From an uncultured virus (IMG/VR IMGVR_UViG_3300028797_000120) (lineage: Duplodnaviria > Heunggongvirae > Uroviricota > Caudoviricetes): a stretch of DNA of 64,000 nucleotides. The notes under the pieces were generated by a model. The model was given only the letters and a program-made list of their open reading frames with translations, searched no databases and had not been told where the DNA came from. This document shows positions 26,782 to 34,687 of this stretch, piece after piece. Position 1 is the stretch's first letter, and each line of letters starts with the position of its first letter. The translations under genes and the position numbers were made by a program. The DNA is taken from positions 1-64,000 of the IMG/VR virus record IMGVR_UViG_3300028797_000120. One strand, given 5' to 3'.

Positions 26782-27217
26782 CTCCATCTCCTTCATCGCA
26801 TTCATCGCCTTCATCGAATTCGCAGCCTTCGTCTGTCTCATCACCTTTTGACGGACTATCTCCTTCCCCGGCGAACTCCACATACTCGACATACTTCATC
26901 CAGTATGACGTCCCGTCTGGACGCCTAACAAGGTCCTTGCTCGTCTCGACAACGGCCTCAAGCCTTCCCACCTTCACGAGCAGACGCTTCCAAAGACTCT
27001 CGTACGCCTTCCTCTGATCAATGTCGGAAAGGTCGAATATCTCGACCTTCACCTTCTTGACCCTGAACTCGCTCCCGAATCCAGGAACCGGCGTCCCCCC
27101 ATCACCGCCTTCCGAAGCCCTGAATAGGGAATCAGGATTTATCGGGGCTCCAGTACAAAATGTCGGCACCCCCCTGCGGGCTGGACTTGACGAAACGAAC
27201 GAGAATCCAGACATCAC
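26774..27217 (-). CDS. Hypothetical protein with acidic C-terminal tail
   Basis: 147-aa ORF overlapping both neighbours. Confidence 0.65.
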   Translation of the reverse strand: MMSGFSFVSSSPARRGVPTFCTGAPINPDSLFRASEGGDGGTPVPGFGSEFRVKKVKVEIFDLSDIDQRKAYESLWKRLLVKVGRLEAVVETSKDLVRRPDGTSYWMKYVEYVEFAGEGDSPSKGDETDEGCEFDEGDECDEGDGDD

Positions 27218-27693
27218 GCGAGCCTCTCGTCAAGCGCGTCCATGAGCTCTCCGTACCGCTTCTCGTACTCATCGGACGGCATTTTCTTGTAGTTCCTGGC
27301 GAGGTCGTCCCTCATCCCACGGACGCGGTCCATCCACTTCGCGTCCTCGAGCTCCCTCGCCCTTCCAGCGTACATGGCCTCCACCTTCCTGTTGAACTCG
27401 GTCTCAGGGGACTCCCTTTGCATCCTGTCCTTGATGAGGTTCCACGCTACCGATCCGACCGTGCCTGCCCCAGCGCCGTAGACCGAGAGAGCCTTCAGGA
27501 GATTCACCGTCTCCTTCGTGAGCCCCCAGGCGGCCGGAACTGGGGAAACGAGCACGCCTCCTGCGTTCTTCAGGACTTTGAGGAACTCGCTGAACGATTT
27601 CAGGTCCACTTTCGCCGTCTTCTCCATCAAGGCGTCCCGAACGCCAGCCCTGAAAAGCAGGCCACGCTCGCTTTCGCTGATATACCCTGTCAT
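27214..27693 (-). CDS. Hypothetical virion protein
   Basis: Start MTGYISE at 27693 with GGAGG RBS; MEKTA motif then hydrophobic segments. Confidence 0.65.
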   Translation of the reverse strand: MTGYISESERGLLFRAGVRDALMEKTAKVDLKSFSEFLKVLKNAGGVLVSPVPAAWGLTKETVNLLKALSVYGAGAGTVGSVAWNLIKDRMQRESPETEFNRKVEAMYAGRARELEDAKWMDRVRGMRDDLARNYKKMPSDEYEKRYGELMDALDERLA

Positions 27694-27707
27694 CAAAACC
27701 TCCGGAT

Positions 27708-28052
27708 CTAGTATTTCCTGATGGCCGAGACGGCGCCTATGCCGGTCCCTAGCCCCTTGAGAAAGCCGTTGTTCGTGAATGCTCCCGTTATGACCCTTCC
27801 GAGGATGCCTCCTCCGATCATTCTGAGCGCGTTTTCCGCCGGCGACGTGCTCCTGAGTCCGGAGTCGATAATGCGTCCGAACGCGTCCCTGCGCTCCTCT
27901 GGAGTCCCGATTCCCCTCGCCTGGGCGACGCCTATTGCGTTGAGGACGTCTGCGACCGACGGCTCGGGGTTTTCCCGTCCTACGGTGGGGGACCAAGCCT
28001 GGCCGTAGAACGCCAGCTTCTGAAGGGTTGATGCGTGTCTGTCAGTGATCAT
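27708..28052 (-). CDS. Small Gly-rich hydrophobic virion protein, possibly on a near-leaderless transcript
   Basis: Start MITDRH at 28052, 9 nt downstream of TGTGGTATAAT, no SD; QKLA motif; glycine-zipper-like C-terminus. Confidence 0.6.
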   Translation of the reverse strand: MITDRHASTLQKLAFYGQAWSPTVGRENPEPSVADVLNAIGVAQARGIGTPEERRDAFGRIIDSGLRSTSPAENALRMIGGGILGRVITGAFTNNGFLKGLGTGIGAVSAIRKY

Positions 28053-28061
28053 AACTGACTG

Positions 28062-28073
28062 ATTATACCACAA
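28062..28073 (-). promoter_or_regulatory. Extended -10 promoter TTGTGGTATAAT
   Basis: Identical 12-mer at 43026-43037; heads the gene run that leads to the RNAP gene. Confidence 0.7.
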
Positions 28074-28085
28074 ACGGGATGAAAG

Positions 28086-28204
28086 TGGCGGACGGGGCGG
28101 GGGTCGAACCCGCATGCCTGGATGTCGGATGGTCCTGCGCCGTTCCGCGGCGTGTCCGATTCCGGTCGAAAGGAACAAAGCCCGGCATCGGACGGCTCCC
28201 GTCC
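28086..28204 (-). ncRNA. 119-nt tRNA-like RNA with encoded CCA but non-canonical core
   Basis: Perfect 7-bp acceptor stem GGACGGG/CCCGTCC + GCCA end; perfect T arm GCGGG-TTCGACC-CCCGC; no canonical D or anticodon arm; fills an intergenic gap. Confidence 0.75.
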
Positions 28205-28215
28205 TCACGGATAAT

Positions 28216-28962
28216 TTACCCAATCTGAACGGTCAGCGCATCCGGGGCCCACAGGCTCCTGTTCCTCTCGAGCCATGAGTCCGCCATATTTTTTTTCCTT
28301 CTGGAGAACGACGCGCTTCCCAGATGCTCGATATACGGGTCGAGCGACTTTATGCGATGGCCCTTTAGCCCGCGCTCCTCGCAGTCCCTGTAGAACCACG
28401 CCCCTGTGTCGTAGTGCTTGTTCGGGAGATTATTTGAAAGCATCTCCATGAACTCGCCGTTGTAGTACCTTACTCCGGAGTCCCGGACTAACGGAACGTT
28501 TATGAATGACAGGAACGGCAGAACCCTGTACGGGCAAAGTCCCATCTCATCGTTAAATGCGGAGAAGACCTGGCCCGACCATACGGCATCGTCAACGACA
28601 AAATCACGGATATCCCCCTTCATCAGCACATCGCTGTCAACCAGCATGAACGGCTCGTCGGTGTTGTCGATAAACCATTGGACAGACCTGCAATGCTTGG
28701 CCGACCCGTAGTTCGAGATGCGTGCATCCCTTGCGACCTTGTCCGGAAAACCCCGGAGCATCTCATCGAAGTCTATGACCTTACCGGACGTATTGTCGAC
28801 AACATCTATCCCGACACTTACGGTTTCCGGAGCTACGAAAGGGTCTCTGTCGCTGCTGTCGAATATGACGACACGGTCTATGCCCTTAGCGTTTTTATCG
28901 ATCGACCTTACGGCGGCCGATGTCACGTTGGGGGTATTATAGTGCGCGATGAAAGCTGTCAT
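28216..28962 (-). CDS. GT-A fold (GT2-like) glycosyltransferase
   Basis: FIAHYNTP, VVIFDSSD, MLVDSDV (DxD), DTG..., IEHLGSAS motifs; ATGA overlap with upstream paralogue. Confidence 0.75.
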   Translation of the reverse strand: MTAFIAHYNTPNVTSAAVRSIDKNAKGIDRVVIFDSSDRDPFVAPETVSVGIDVVDNTSGKVIDFDEMLRGFPDKVARDARISNYGSAKHCRSVQWFIDNTDEPFMLVDSDVLMKGDIRDFVVDDAVWSGQVFSAFNDEMGLCPYRVLPFLSFINVPLVRDSGVRYYNGEFMEMLSNNLPNKHYDTGAWFYRDCEERGLKGHRIKSLDPYIEHLGSASFSRRKKNMADSWLERNRSLWAPDALTVQIG

Positions 28963-29735
28963 TCCCACAGTCTCCTGTTCATCTCGATCCATGCGTGGAA
29001 ACTCATCCTCTTCCTATATGACGCGGATCCATAATGAACGATGTATTGGTCTAGAGACTCCAGCCTTTTGCCGTCCAGACCGCGCTCCTCGCAGTCCCTG
29101 TAGAACCACGCCCCAGTGTCGCAATTACTTCCATACTCATCTTCTGAGAATCTCCACATGAAATCCTCATTGAAATAACGCGCTCCCGCATTCTTTACCA
29201 TCGGAACGTTTATGTAACACGCGAACGGCAATATCCTTGTCGGCTTTAAACCATAATCCTCTGAGTATTCCGAAGAACATTCACCAACCCATGCGTGGGA
29301 TTCCGAAACCATTACGGACATGTCACTCTTGCAGAGAACATCGCTGTCAAGGAGTACAAACGGGTCGTCCGAGTTGTCTATGAGCCATTGAACTGACCTG
29401 CAGTGCCTGGCTGACCCGTAGTTAGCCGTCCCCCTCTCAGGGCGTTTCCCCTTTCTCTCGCTCACCATCCTGTCCAGATCAACAAGGTTTCCACCGGTGT
29501 TGTCCAAAACGCGGACGAGGTTTCCTAACCCTTCAGGTATGACGAATGGAAGATGGTCGCTGTTGTCGAAAACCGTTATCCTTGAGACGGAAGGCGTGCT
29601 TTTGACAACCGATTTTACGCAAGCGGACGTGAGGTCTGGGGTGTTGAAATGTACGATGCAGACGCCGATCATGCCATTTCCGTGATCGCAGGAGCCTCTC
29701 ATTCCCGTGTAGCGCAAATATCCTCCTGACATCAC
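28959..29735 (-). CDS. GT-A fold (GT2-like) glycosyltransferase, paralogue of 28216..28962
   Basis: CIVHFNTP, VFDNSD, LLDSDV, DTGAWF, IVHYGSAS; start may be at 29672. Confidence 0.75.
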   Translation of the reverse strand: MMSGGYLRYTGMRGSCDHGNGMIGVCIVHFNTPDLTSACVKSVVKSTPSVSRITVFDNSDHLPFVIPEGLGNLVRVLDNTGGNLVDLDRMVSERKGKRPERGTANYGSARHCRSVQWLIDNSDDPFVLLDSDVLCKSDMSVMVSESHAWVGECSSEYSEDYGLKPTRILPFACYINVPMVKNAGARYFNEDFMWRFSEDEYGSNCDTGAWFYRDCEERGLDGKRLESLDQYIVHYGSASYRKRMSFHAWIEMNRRLWE

Positions 29736-30913
29736 ATGAACCCAGGATATCCAGGGAAATCATTAAGGTTCTGGGGGTCGGCTATCCACGTCGGGTACTG
29801 AAGCCTGTCCTTGACTTGGATGAAGAAGCTCCTCTCCGTCGCGTAGCATTTTCCGGTAAGCGTGTTGTAGAAGTCCGCGTGGATGAGCGGCCTGTGGCTG
29901 ATGAAATTCTCTATCCACTGGTCGTATCCGCTTCTGAACACAGTCGCGGCGTGCGTTCCCCACAGGTCGCCCTTTATCCGGCCGAACCTGCCGTCAGTGT
30001 CGAACAGACCGTGTTTCCCGGCGAGGTCGTGCCTCCTGACGAAATGGAGATTTCCGAACGTGATCTCTGTCGCGTCGTCCGGTATTCCGCCATCCAGGAA
30101 CCTGCCCAGCTCGTCGCGGCAATTTGTGGCAGGGTAGGCGTCCGACTCGAATATGGTGATCTGGGGGAAATTCAGCGATTTCGCCGCCTTGATGAGCTCC
30201 AGATGGCTCAGGGCGCACGCGTCCATTCCGTTCGGGACGGAGCATGCCGGGAACCTACCGTCATACATGGGAGGTATTTTGCCGAATCCTGCGCTCTCCA
30301 TCCTTTCGGCGAACCTTCCGTACTCTTCCCCGCTCACGGCGAGGGCGAACGAGTGCTCCATCATCTCATCCACGGAGAAGCTCCTGAAAGTACGGACCCT
30401 CTTTACCCACGATCCGTCTTTGAAAGTCTCCGAAGGCCCTCCGATGTCGTAAACAGCCTTGCTAACGCCTTCGAACGGGAAGTCGTGCCCGGCCACGAAT
30501 TTCGGGCCCATAGACATGGACACGGCGATGTCTGATTTCACGTGCTCGTAGAGGTGGCAGGCGTCGATATACACGAGGTCGGGACGGACGTTCGGATATT
30601 CGTCATGGAAATCCTCCAGAACTCCCTTGAACTTCCTGATTTTGTCAGGATGTTTTGCCGCCACCTCGTCGAACGCTAGCTCGACCTCGCTCATGTCGGA
30701 GTGGGACGCCTTGTCGCTGTCGTCGTACCCAGGCTTCCACGGGTCAACGCACCAGATCTCGCGGACCTGCGGCATGTTTGCGAAGACCTCGGCGCTCTGT
30801 CCGGCGTAGCTTCCGACCTCAACCATGGAGATGCCGCTCAGGCCCGTATACTCGATGAGCTGGCGGAGGCCCTCGCGCCCTCCACTGTACCCACGCATGT
30901 CCATGACGCTCAT
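29732..30913 (-). CDS. Class I SAM methyltransferase (Methyltransf_24-like) fused to a GT25-like glycosyltransferase domain
   Basis: VEVGSYAGQS, CVDPW, YIDACHLYE, AGHDF; C-half CALSHLELIK..ITIFESDA..WGTHA. Confidence 0.7.
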   Translation of the reverse strand: MSVMDMRGYSGGREGLRQLIEYTGLSGISMVEVGSYAGQSAEVFANMPQVREIWCVDPWKPGYDDSDKASHSDMSEVELAFDEVAAKHPDKIRKFKGVLEDFHDEYPNVRPDLVYIDACHLYEHVKSDIAVSMSMGPKFVAGHDFPFEGVSKAVYDIGGPSETFKDGSWVKRVRTFRSFSVDEMMEHSFALAVSGEEYGRFAERMESAGFGKIPPMYDGRFPACSVPNGMDACALSHLELIKAAKSLNFPQITIFESDAYPATNCRDELGRFLDGGIPDDATEITFGNLHFVRRHDLAGKHGLFDTDGRFGRIKGDLWGTHAATVFRSGYDQWIENFISHRPLIHADFYNTLTGKCYATERSFFIQVKDRLQYPTWIADPQNLNDFPGYPGFM

Positions 30914-31060
30914 GAGAGGAGAACCTTTCTTATCGCCGCAAGGCTTGGACTCATAGGTGGAGAAGGAGGTTGCCAAAACAGGGGCGTGGAACCTTGCACG
31001 GGGGACATCGGATGCAAATAATCGTTCATCATTCTTTTCGCCTGCCCAAAGCCAATGGTG

Positions 31061-31552
31061 TTATTTTTTCCACCATTTTCCCGCATCATAATCATTAGGC
31101 AATCCAACGGGTTTCGCCGCGACAGGAAGACGTTCCGGCTTAAGATATTCTATGCCGCGCCTAGTATTTACGTAATTCACTACTCTATTCTGCGTATTGT
31201 CTCTATCTCCAAACCGCACCGATCCACCATGCTGGGTACTGAAACTATTCCCCGGCGCCTGCATTACATCTTTTTGAATAGTCCTGTAATTCCTATTTTG
31301 GATCGGTGTATTGCTGACATAAACAGGAACGCCGTTCTTTGTATGGAACCCTGCTCTTCCGCCATTAAACATCGTCCCGCCATGTTGGGTTGCAAGAGAT
31401 CTCGCTTTCTGCATCAATTTAGGCGTCTGCGGCTGCGCCGTGGGCCTCGTTTGAGTCTGCGGCTGTGCCGCCTGCGCCGTTGTCCGCGTCTTAGCGGGTT
31501 TACCGGCCTGGGCGATCTTGACGAGAAGGTTGATGTGGTCGAATGCGTTCAT
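31061..31552 (-). CDS. Basic hypothetical protein with short N-terminal KIA leader (possible internal virion protein)
   Basis: 163 aa, AAGGAG RBS, MNAFDHINLLVKIA then a K/R/Q/N-rich lower-GC body. Confidence 0.6.
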   Translation of the reverse strand: MNAFDHINLLVKIAQAGKPAKTRTTAQAAQPQTQTRPTAQPQTPKLMQKARSLATQHGGTMFNGGRAGFHTKNGVPVYVSNTPIQNRNYRTIQKDVMQAPGNSFSTQHGGSVRFGDRDNTQNRVVNYVNTRRGIEYLKPERLPVAAKPVGLPNDYDAGKWWKK

Positions 31553-31622
31553 TCCATAACTCCTTTCCTATATTAGACCAAAAACAGGGAAAACCAGAAA
31601 CTTCTCATAAGCCAATACGCAA

Positions 31623-33371
31623 CTACGCCTCGTTCGGGTCGAGGCGGTCGTCGACTGGGGCGTCCCCGCTCACAATACCTCCGCCGAACGCCTCGGGCGG
31701 TATCATGTCGTCGACGGCCATTCCGAGCAGCTTCATCGCGGCCATGCTGGCGAAGCACAGGGCGTGGCAGAAGTCGTCTGGCTGTGACTGGTTCCTGAGG
31801 TAGAGCCTGTGCGTTATCCCGCCGACCTCCGTTGTCGCCTCGTAGTCCGACAGGAGGTCCTCGAGGTAGATCCAGAACCCCTCCTCCTTCGGGAAGAAGG
31901 TCCTCCGGTTCCTAATGGCTAAAAAAAGGACGTCTAGCGCCATGACCTTGTCTATGGTCCAGCACTGGACGGTGTTCGTCCTTCCCGTTGACTGGTTCCT
32001 TCCGAACAGCTTGAGCTGCCGGGTGTACTGCATCTGGATGATGGGGAGCCCGAACCTCTTGGCCAGGATCTGGTTCTTGTCCAGACCCATTCCTGCGTCA
32101 GCCGCACACGCTATGACATTGTAGAACCGGCACACCTTGGCTATGTCCGTCATCTGCTCGTCGGGGTCGAAGCCCCTGTAGCGCCTCGCCCATAGCACGT
32201 CTATGCGGCCGCTCGGACGTATCCCGATGACCGTGATGACGGTGAAGGACGAGAGCTCCGCTCCGCCCCAGTCGATTCCGGCAACGGTGAAGGAGTACCG
32301 GTTCGGGTTCGCCTTCAGCTCCTCCTGAAGCGTCTTGGTCGAGGGGAGGAGGCACTGGCGCTGGATGTCGGCCCGCGTCAGTAGCCTCTGTCCGACAGAG
32401 TAGGAGATTCCGAGGTTCTCCTGGATGAAGGTCGCAAGGATTCCGGACGTCAGCTTGGTGAGCAGGCGGTTCCACTTTGCCGGGTCCTCCACGATCGCCG
32501 GCACGACGACCTGGGGTATGTGGTAGCCCCTGAAGGAGTTCATCCTGCCCGGGAATGCGGCGATCCACTTGCCATCCCTGACGTTGAGCTTTCTCCCGCA
32601 GTGTACGCAGTGCATGCCGTCCGCCTGGATCATGTTGAGGACCTTGCCGTCCATGTTGGGTATGTTGTGGTACCCGCATGACTTGCACCGCATGACCCAC
32701 TCGCACTGGGCGCTCTTCTGCCATAGCGACTCGATGAGGTTCTCGACCACCATGGCCGTGCCTGTGTAGCGGGAGCACCCGTACTTTGCGGACGTTAGCG
32801 TCTCCTTGACGATCGGGATGGTCTCCGAGGACTGGGACTGTATCTCGTCGAAGTCGCAGAACTCCTCCTCGAGGCCGCGGACGCGGTCGGCCGACGACTT
32901 GGCGTAGGTGAGGACTACACCTGATCCGTTCGCGAAGCTCTTGTGACCCGTGGCCTTGTTGATCTTCGAGTCGGACATCGTGTCGGCTAGAGCCTGAGAC
33001 TGGAGGGCCCCGGCGAGCGGGCATGACTTGATGGCCTCGCTCAGGATGAGGTCGCTGTACCGCCTTGACTGCTCCTGCAGCGGGGCGACGTAGAGCATCT
33101 GCAGGTTCGGGATCGTGATCATGTTCATCACCTCGCTCCTGGCGAGGTTCTGCGTCTTCCCGATCTGCCTGCCCGTCATGAAGATCATGTCCGGGACGAG
33201 CTCCCTGCCGTACATGACCCTGAACTGCGGGTAGTCCCTGAGGCTGTAGGGCTCACCCCTGATCCTGAACAGGGCGGGGAGCAGGTCTGCGCGGTCCATT
33301 GAGCGCATCCTCTCCCTGAAGGAATCGCTCCTGGCGATCCTGACAAGCTCCTCCGCCCCTATCTCTGCCAT
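31623..33371 (-). CDS. terL: Terminase large subunit (lambda GpA-like)
   Basis: Walker A TGRQIGKT, Walker B CDFDEIQ, YTGT coupling motif, two CxxC pairs, RGYHIPQ, nuclease AGIDWGG and PDDFCHA. Confidence 0.9.
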   Translation of the reverse strand: MAEIGAEELVRIARSDSFRERMRSMDRADLLPALFRIRGEPYSLRDYPQFRVMYGRELVPDMIFMTGRQIGKTQNLARSEVMNMITIPNLQMLYVAPLQEQSRRYSDLILSEAIKSCPLAGALQSQALADTMSDSKINKATGHKSFANGSGVVLTYAKSSADRVRGLEEEFCDFDEIQSQSSETIPIVKETLTSAKYGCSRYTGTAMVVENLIESLWQKSAQCEWVMRCKSCGYHNIPNMDGKVLNMIQADGMHCVHCGRKLNVRDGKWIAAFPGRMNSFRGYHIPQVVVPAIVEDPAKWNRLLTKLTSGILATFIQENLGISYSVGQRLLTRADIQRQCLLPSTKTLQEELKANPNRYSFTVAGIDWGGAELSSFTVITVIGIRPSGRIDVLWARRYRGFDPDEQMTDIAKVCRFYNVIACAADAGMGLDKNQILAKRFGLPIIQMQYTRQLKLFGRNQSTGRTNTVQCWTIDKVMALDVLFLAIRNRRTFFPKEEGFWIYLEDLLSDYEATTEVGGITHRLYLRNQSQPDDFCHALCFASMAAMKLLGMAVDDMIPPEAFGGGIVSGDAPVDDRLDPNEA

Positions 33372-33397
33372 CCCCTACAGTTCCCCAGATCACGGAC

Positions 33398-33967
33398 CTA
33401 TCGTTTGATTCCCAGCGATACCCCGAAGAGGTGCCTGTTTTTGGTGTAGAAATCCCAGTCCATTGCGCCCATGTCGAGATCCATAGGCTTGACGTAGGAC
33501 TCGAACATGGTGTCGATGACCCCGCACCCCCAGTCCCGGTCTATGACGTAGCAAAGGTATGGAGACTCGTACTTGTACTTCAGGAACGCCTTCCAGCAGT
33601 CCCCGTTCCACGCCAACGGCGAAGGCTCCCTCCTCTGCTGGTCCTCCCTGACAGGAAGGATGTCGTGCAGGACGACCACTCCCCCGCCGTTCAGGAACCT
33701 CATGGAGTTCATGATGTCCCTGTAGACCTGGTCGCTGTGGTGGAGCCCGTCTATGAAGACGATGTCGAACGTCTGCGCGTTCGAACCGAAGAACTCGTCT
33801 GACCCCATGACGTGCGTCTTTCCGACGCTTTTCGGATTCGGGTCCACGCCGACCTTCAGGCCGCACCTGATGTTCCCTATGACCTCCCCCCTGTCAACCC
33901 CGATCTCCAGGTAGCTCTGATATCCCCTGCTGTCTATGAAATCCTGTATGATGTCCCTTCTCGTCAC
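33398..33967 (-). CDS. Class I SAM-dependent methyltransferase (Methyltransf_24-like)
   Basis: YLEIGVDRG, GVDP, FDIVFIDGLH, VVLHD, WNGDCWKA, DWGCGVI. Confidence 0.85.
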   Translation of the reverse strand: MTRRDIIQDFIDSRGYQSYLEIGVDRGEVIGNIRCGLKVGVDPNPKSVGKTHVMGSDEFFGSNAQTFDIVFIDGLHHSDQVYRDIMNSMRFLNGGGVVVLHDILPVREDQQRREPSPLAWNGDCWKAFLKYKYESPYLCYVIDRDWGCGVIDTMFESYVKPMDLDMGAMDWDFYTKNRHLFGVSLGIKR

Positions 33968-34007
33968 GACACCCTCCTTTTTTTAGCCATCGCGCGACAC
34001 GCCGCCC

Positions 34008-34655
34008 CTACCTCGGCTCCGAATAGTCGCTGTCGTAGACGACCTCGAGGTCCGGACTGTCGAAGAACGACTGGGCCAGATACTTCGGCCCGCTCCTGAG
34101 TATCCCGTGCCACAGCGATCCCTTGAGCATGGGGATGTCCAGTCCTGGATAGCACTTCCTGACGAGCTCGTGGCAGTAGACAGGCTCGCCTCCCGAGGCG
34201 CCTTCCTCTACCGCGAAGTCGTAGTCGTACTCGTTCCCAACGTATTTGAGCGCGATACCGGCGGCTTTTCCGGTCAGCTCAGCCATGTCGCGCCCATCGG
34301 ACTGCTTCGGGCGGAGGATGGCGAACCCGTCGCACCTGAGGAAGTCGATGATGTCGGTCTTCTGGACGCCGTCGCTCATGGAGTGGACGATGAGGCCGTC
34401 CCCGATGCAGATCCCGGAGTGCGTGAACCTTCCCGGGATGAAGTACCCGTCGAGGTAGTTCCTGTACCTCCTGACGAAGATGTCCCCCGTCCTTGCCATG
34501 GACAGCGCCTTCCTGATGCCTGCGGCCCTAACGTCATACCCCTTCGGCGAGTATATGACGAACATGGGCCACCTGTAGACCTTGATCTTCCCGAGGACAT
34601 ACAGGAAACCTACCTTAATGCTCTTGACGACTCCGTGGCACAAACCCTTGAACAT
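34008..34655 (-). CDS. Permuted papain-like NlpC/P60 enzyme (YiiX/YebB family)
   Basis: GDIF..., FTHSGIC (His first), YDYDF, VYCHELV (Cys last). Confidence 0.8.
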   Translation of the reverse strand: MFKGLCHGVVKSIKVGFLYVLGKIKVYRWPMFVIYSPKGYDVRAAGIRKALSMARTGDIFVRRYRNYLDGYFIPGRFTHSGICIGDGLIVHSMSDGVQKTDIIDFLRCDGFAILRPKQSDGRDMAELTGKAAGIALKYVGNEYDYDFAVEEGASGGEPVYCHELVRKCYPGLDIPMLKGSLWHGILRSGPKYLAQSFFDSPDLEVVYDSDYSEPR

Positions 34656-34687
34656 CTCTCTTCTCCCTCTTTTGACCGACTGAACTA

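Noticed and set aside
26774..26850. GATGAA-type 9-nt repeats giving MKAMNAMKEMEM in the overlapping frame
   Set aside because: Explained by the acidic tail of 26774..27217; the next gene most likely starts at 26781
28086..28204. Calling the RNA a standard tRNA-Ser, tRNA-Sec or tmRNA
   Set aside because: No canonical D or anticodon arm, no UCA anticodon loop, no G3.U70/ACCA end or tag ORF; kept as tRNA-like ncRNA
30960..31010. GGTTCCACGCC on the minus strand resembling a T-loop
   Set aside because: No matching acceptor stem or CCA end found
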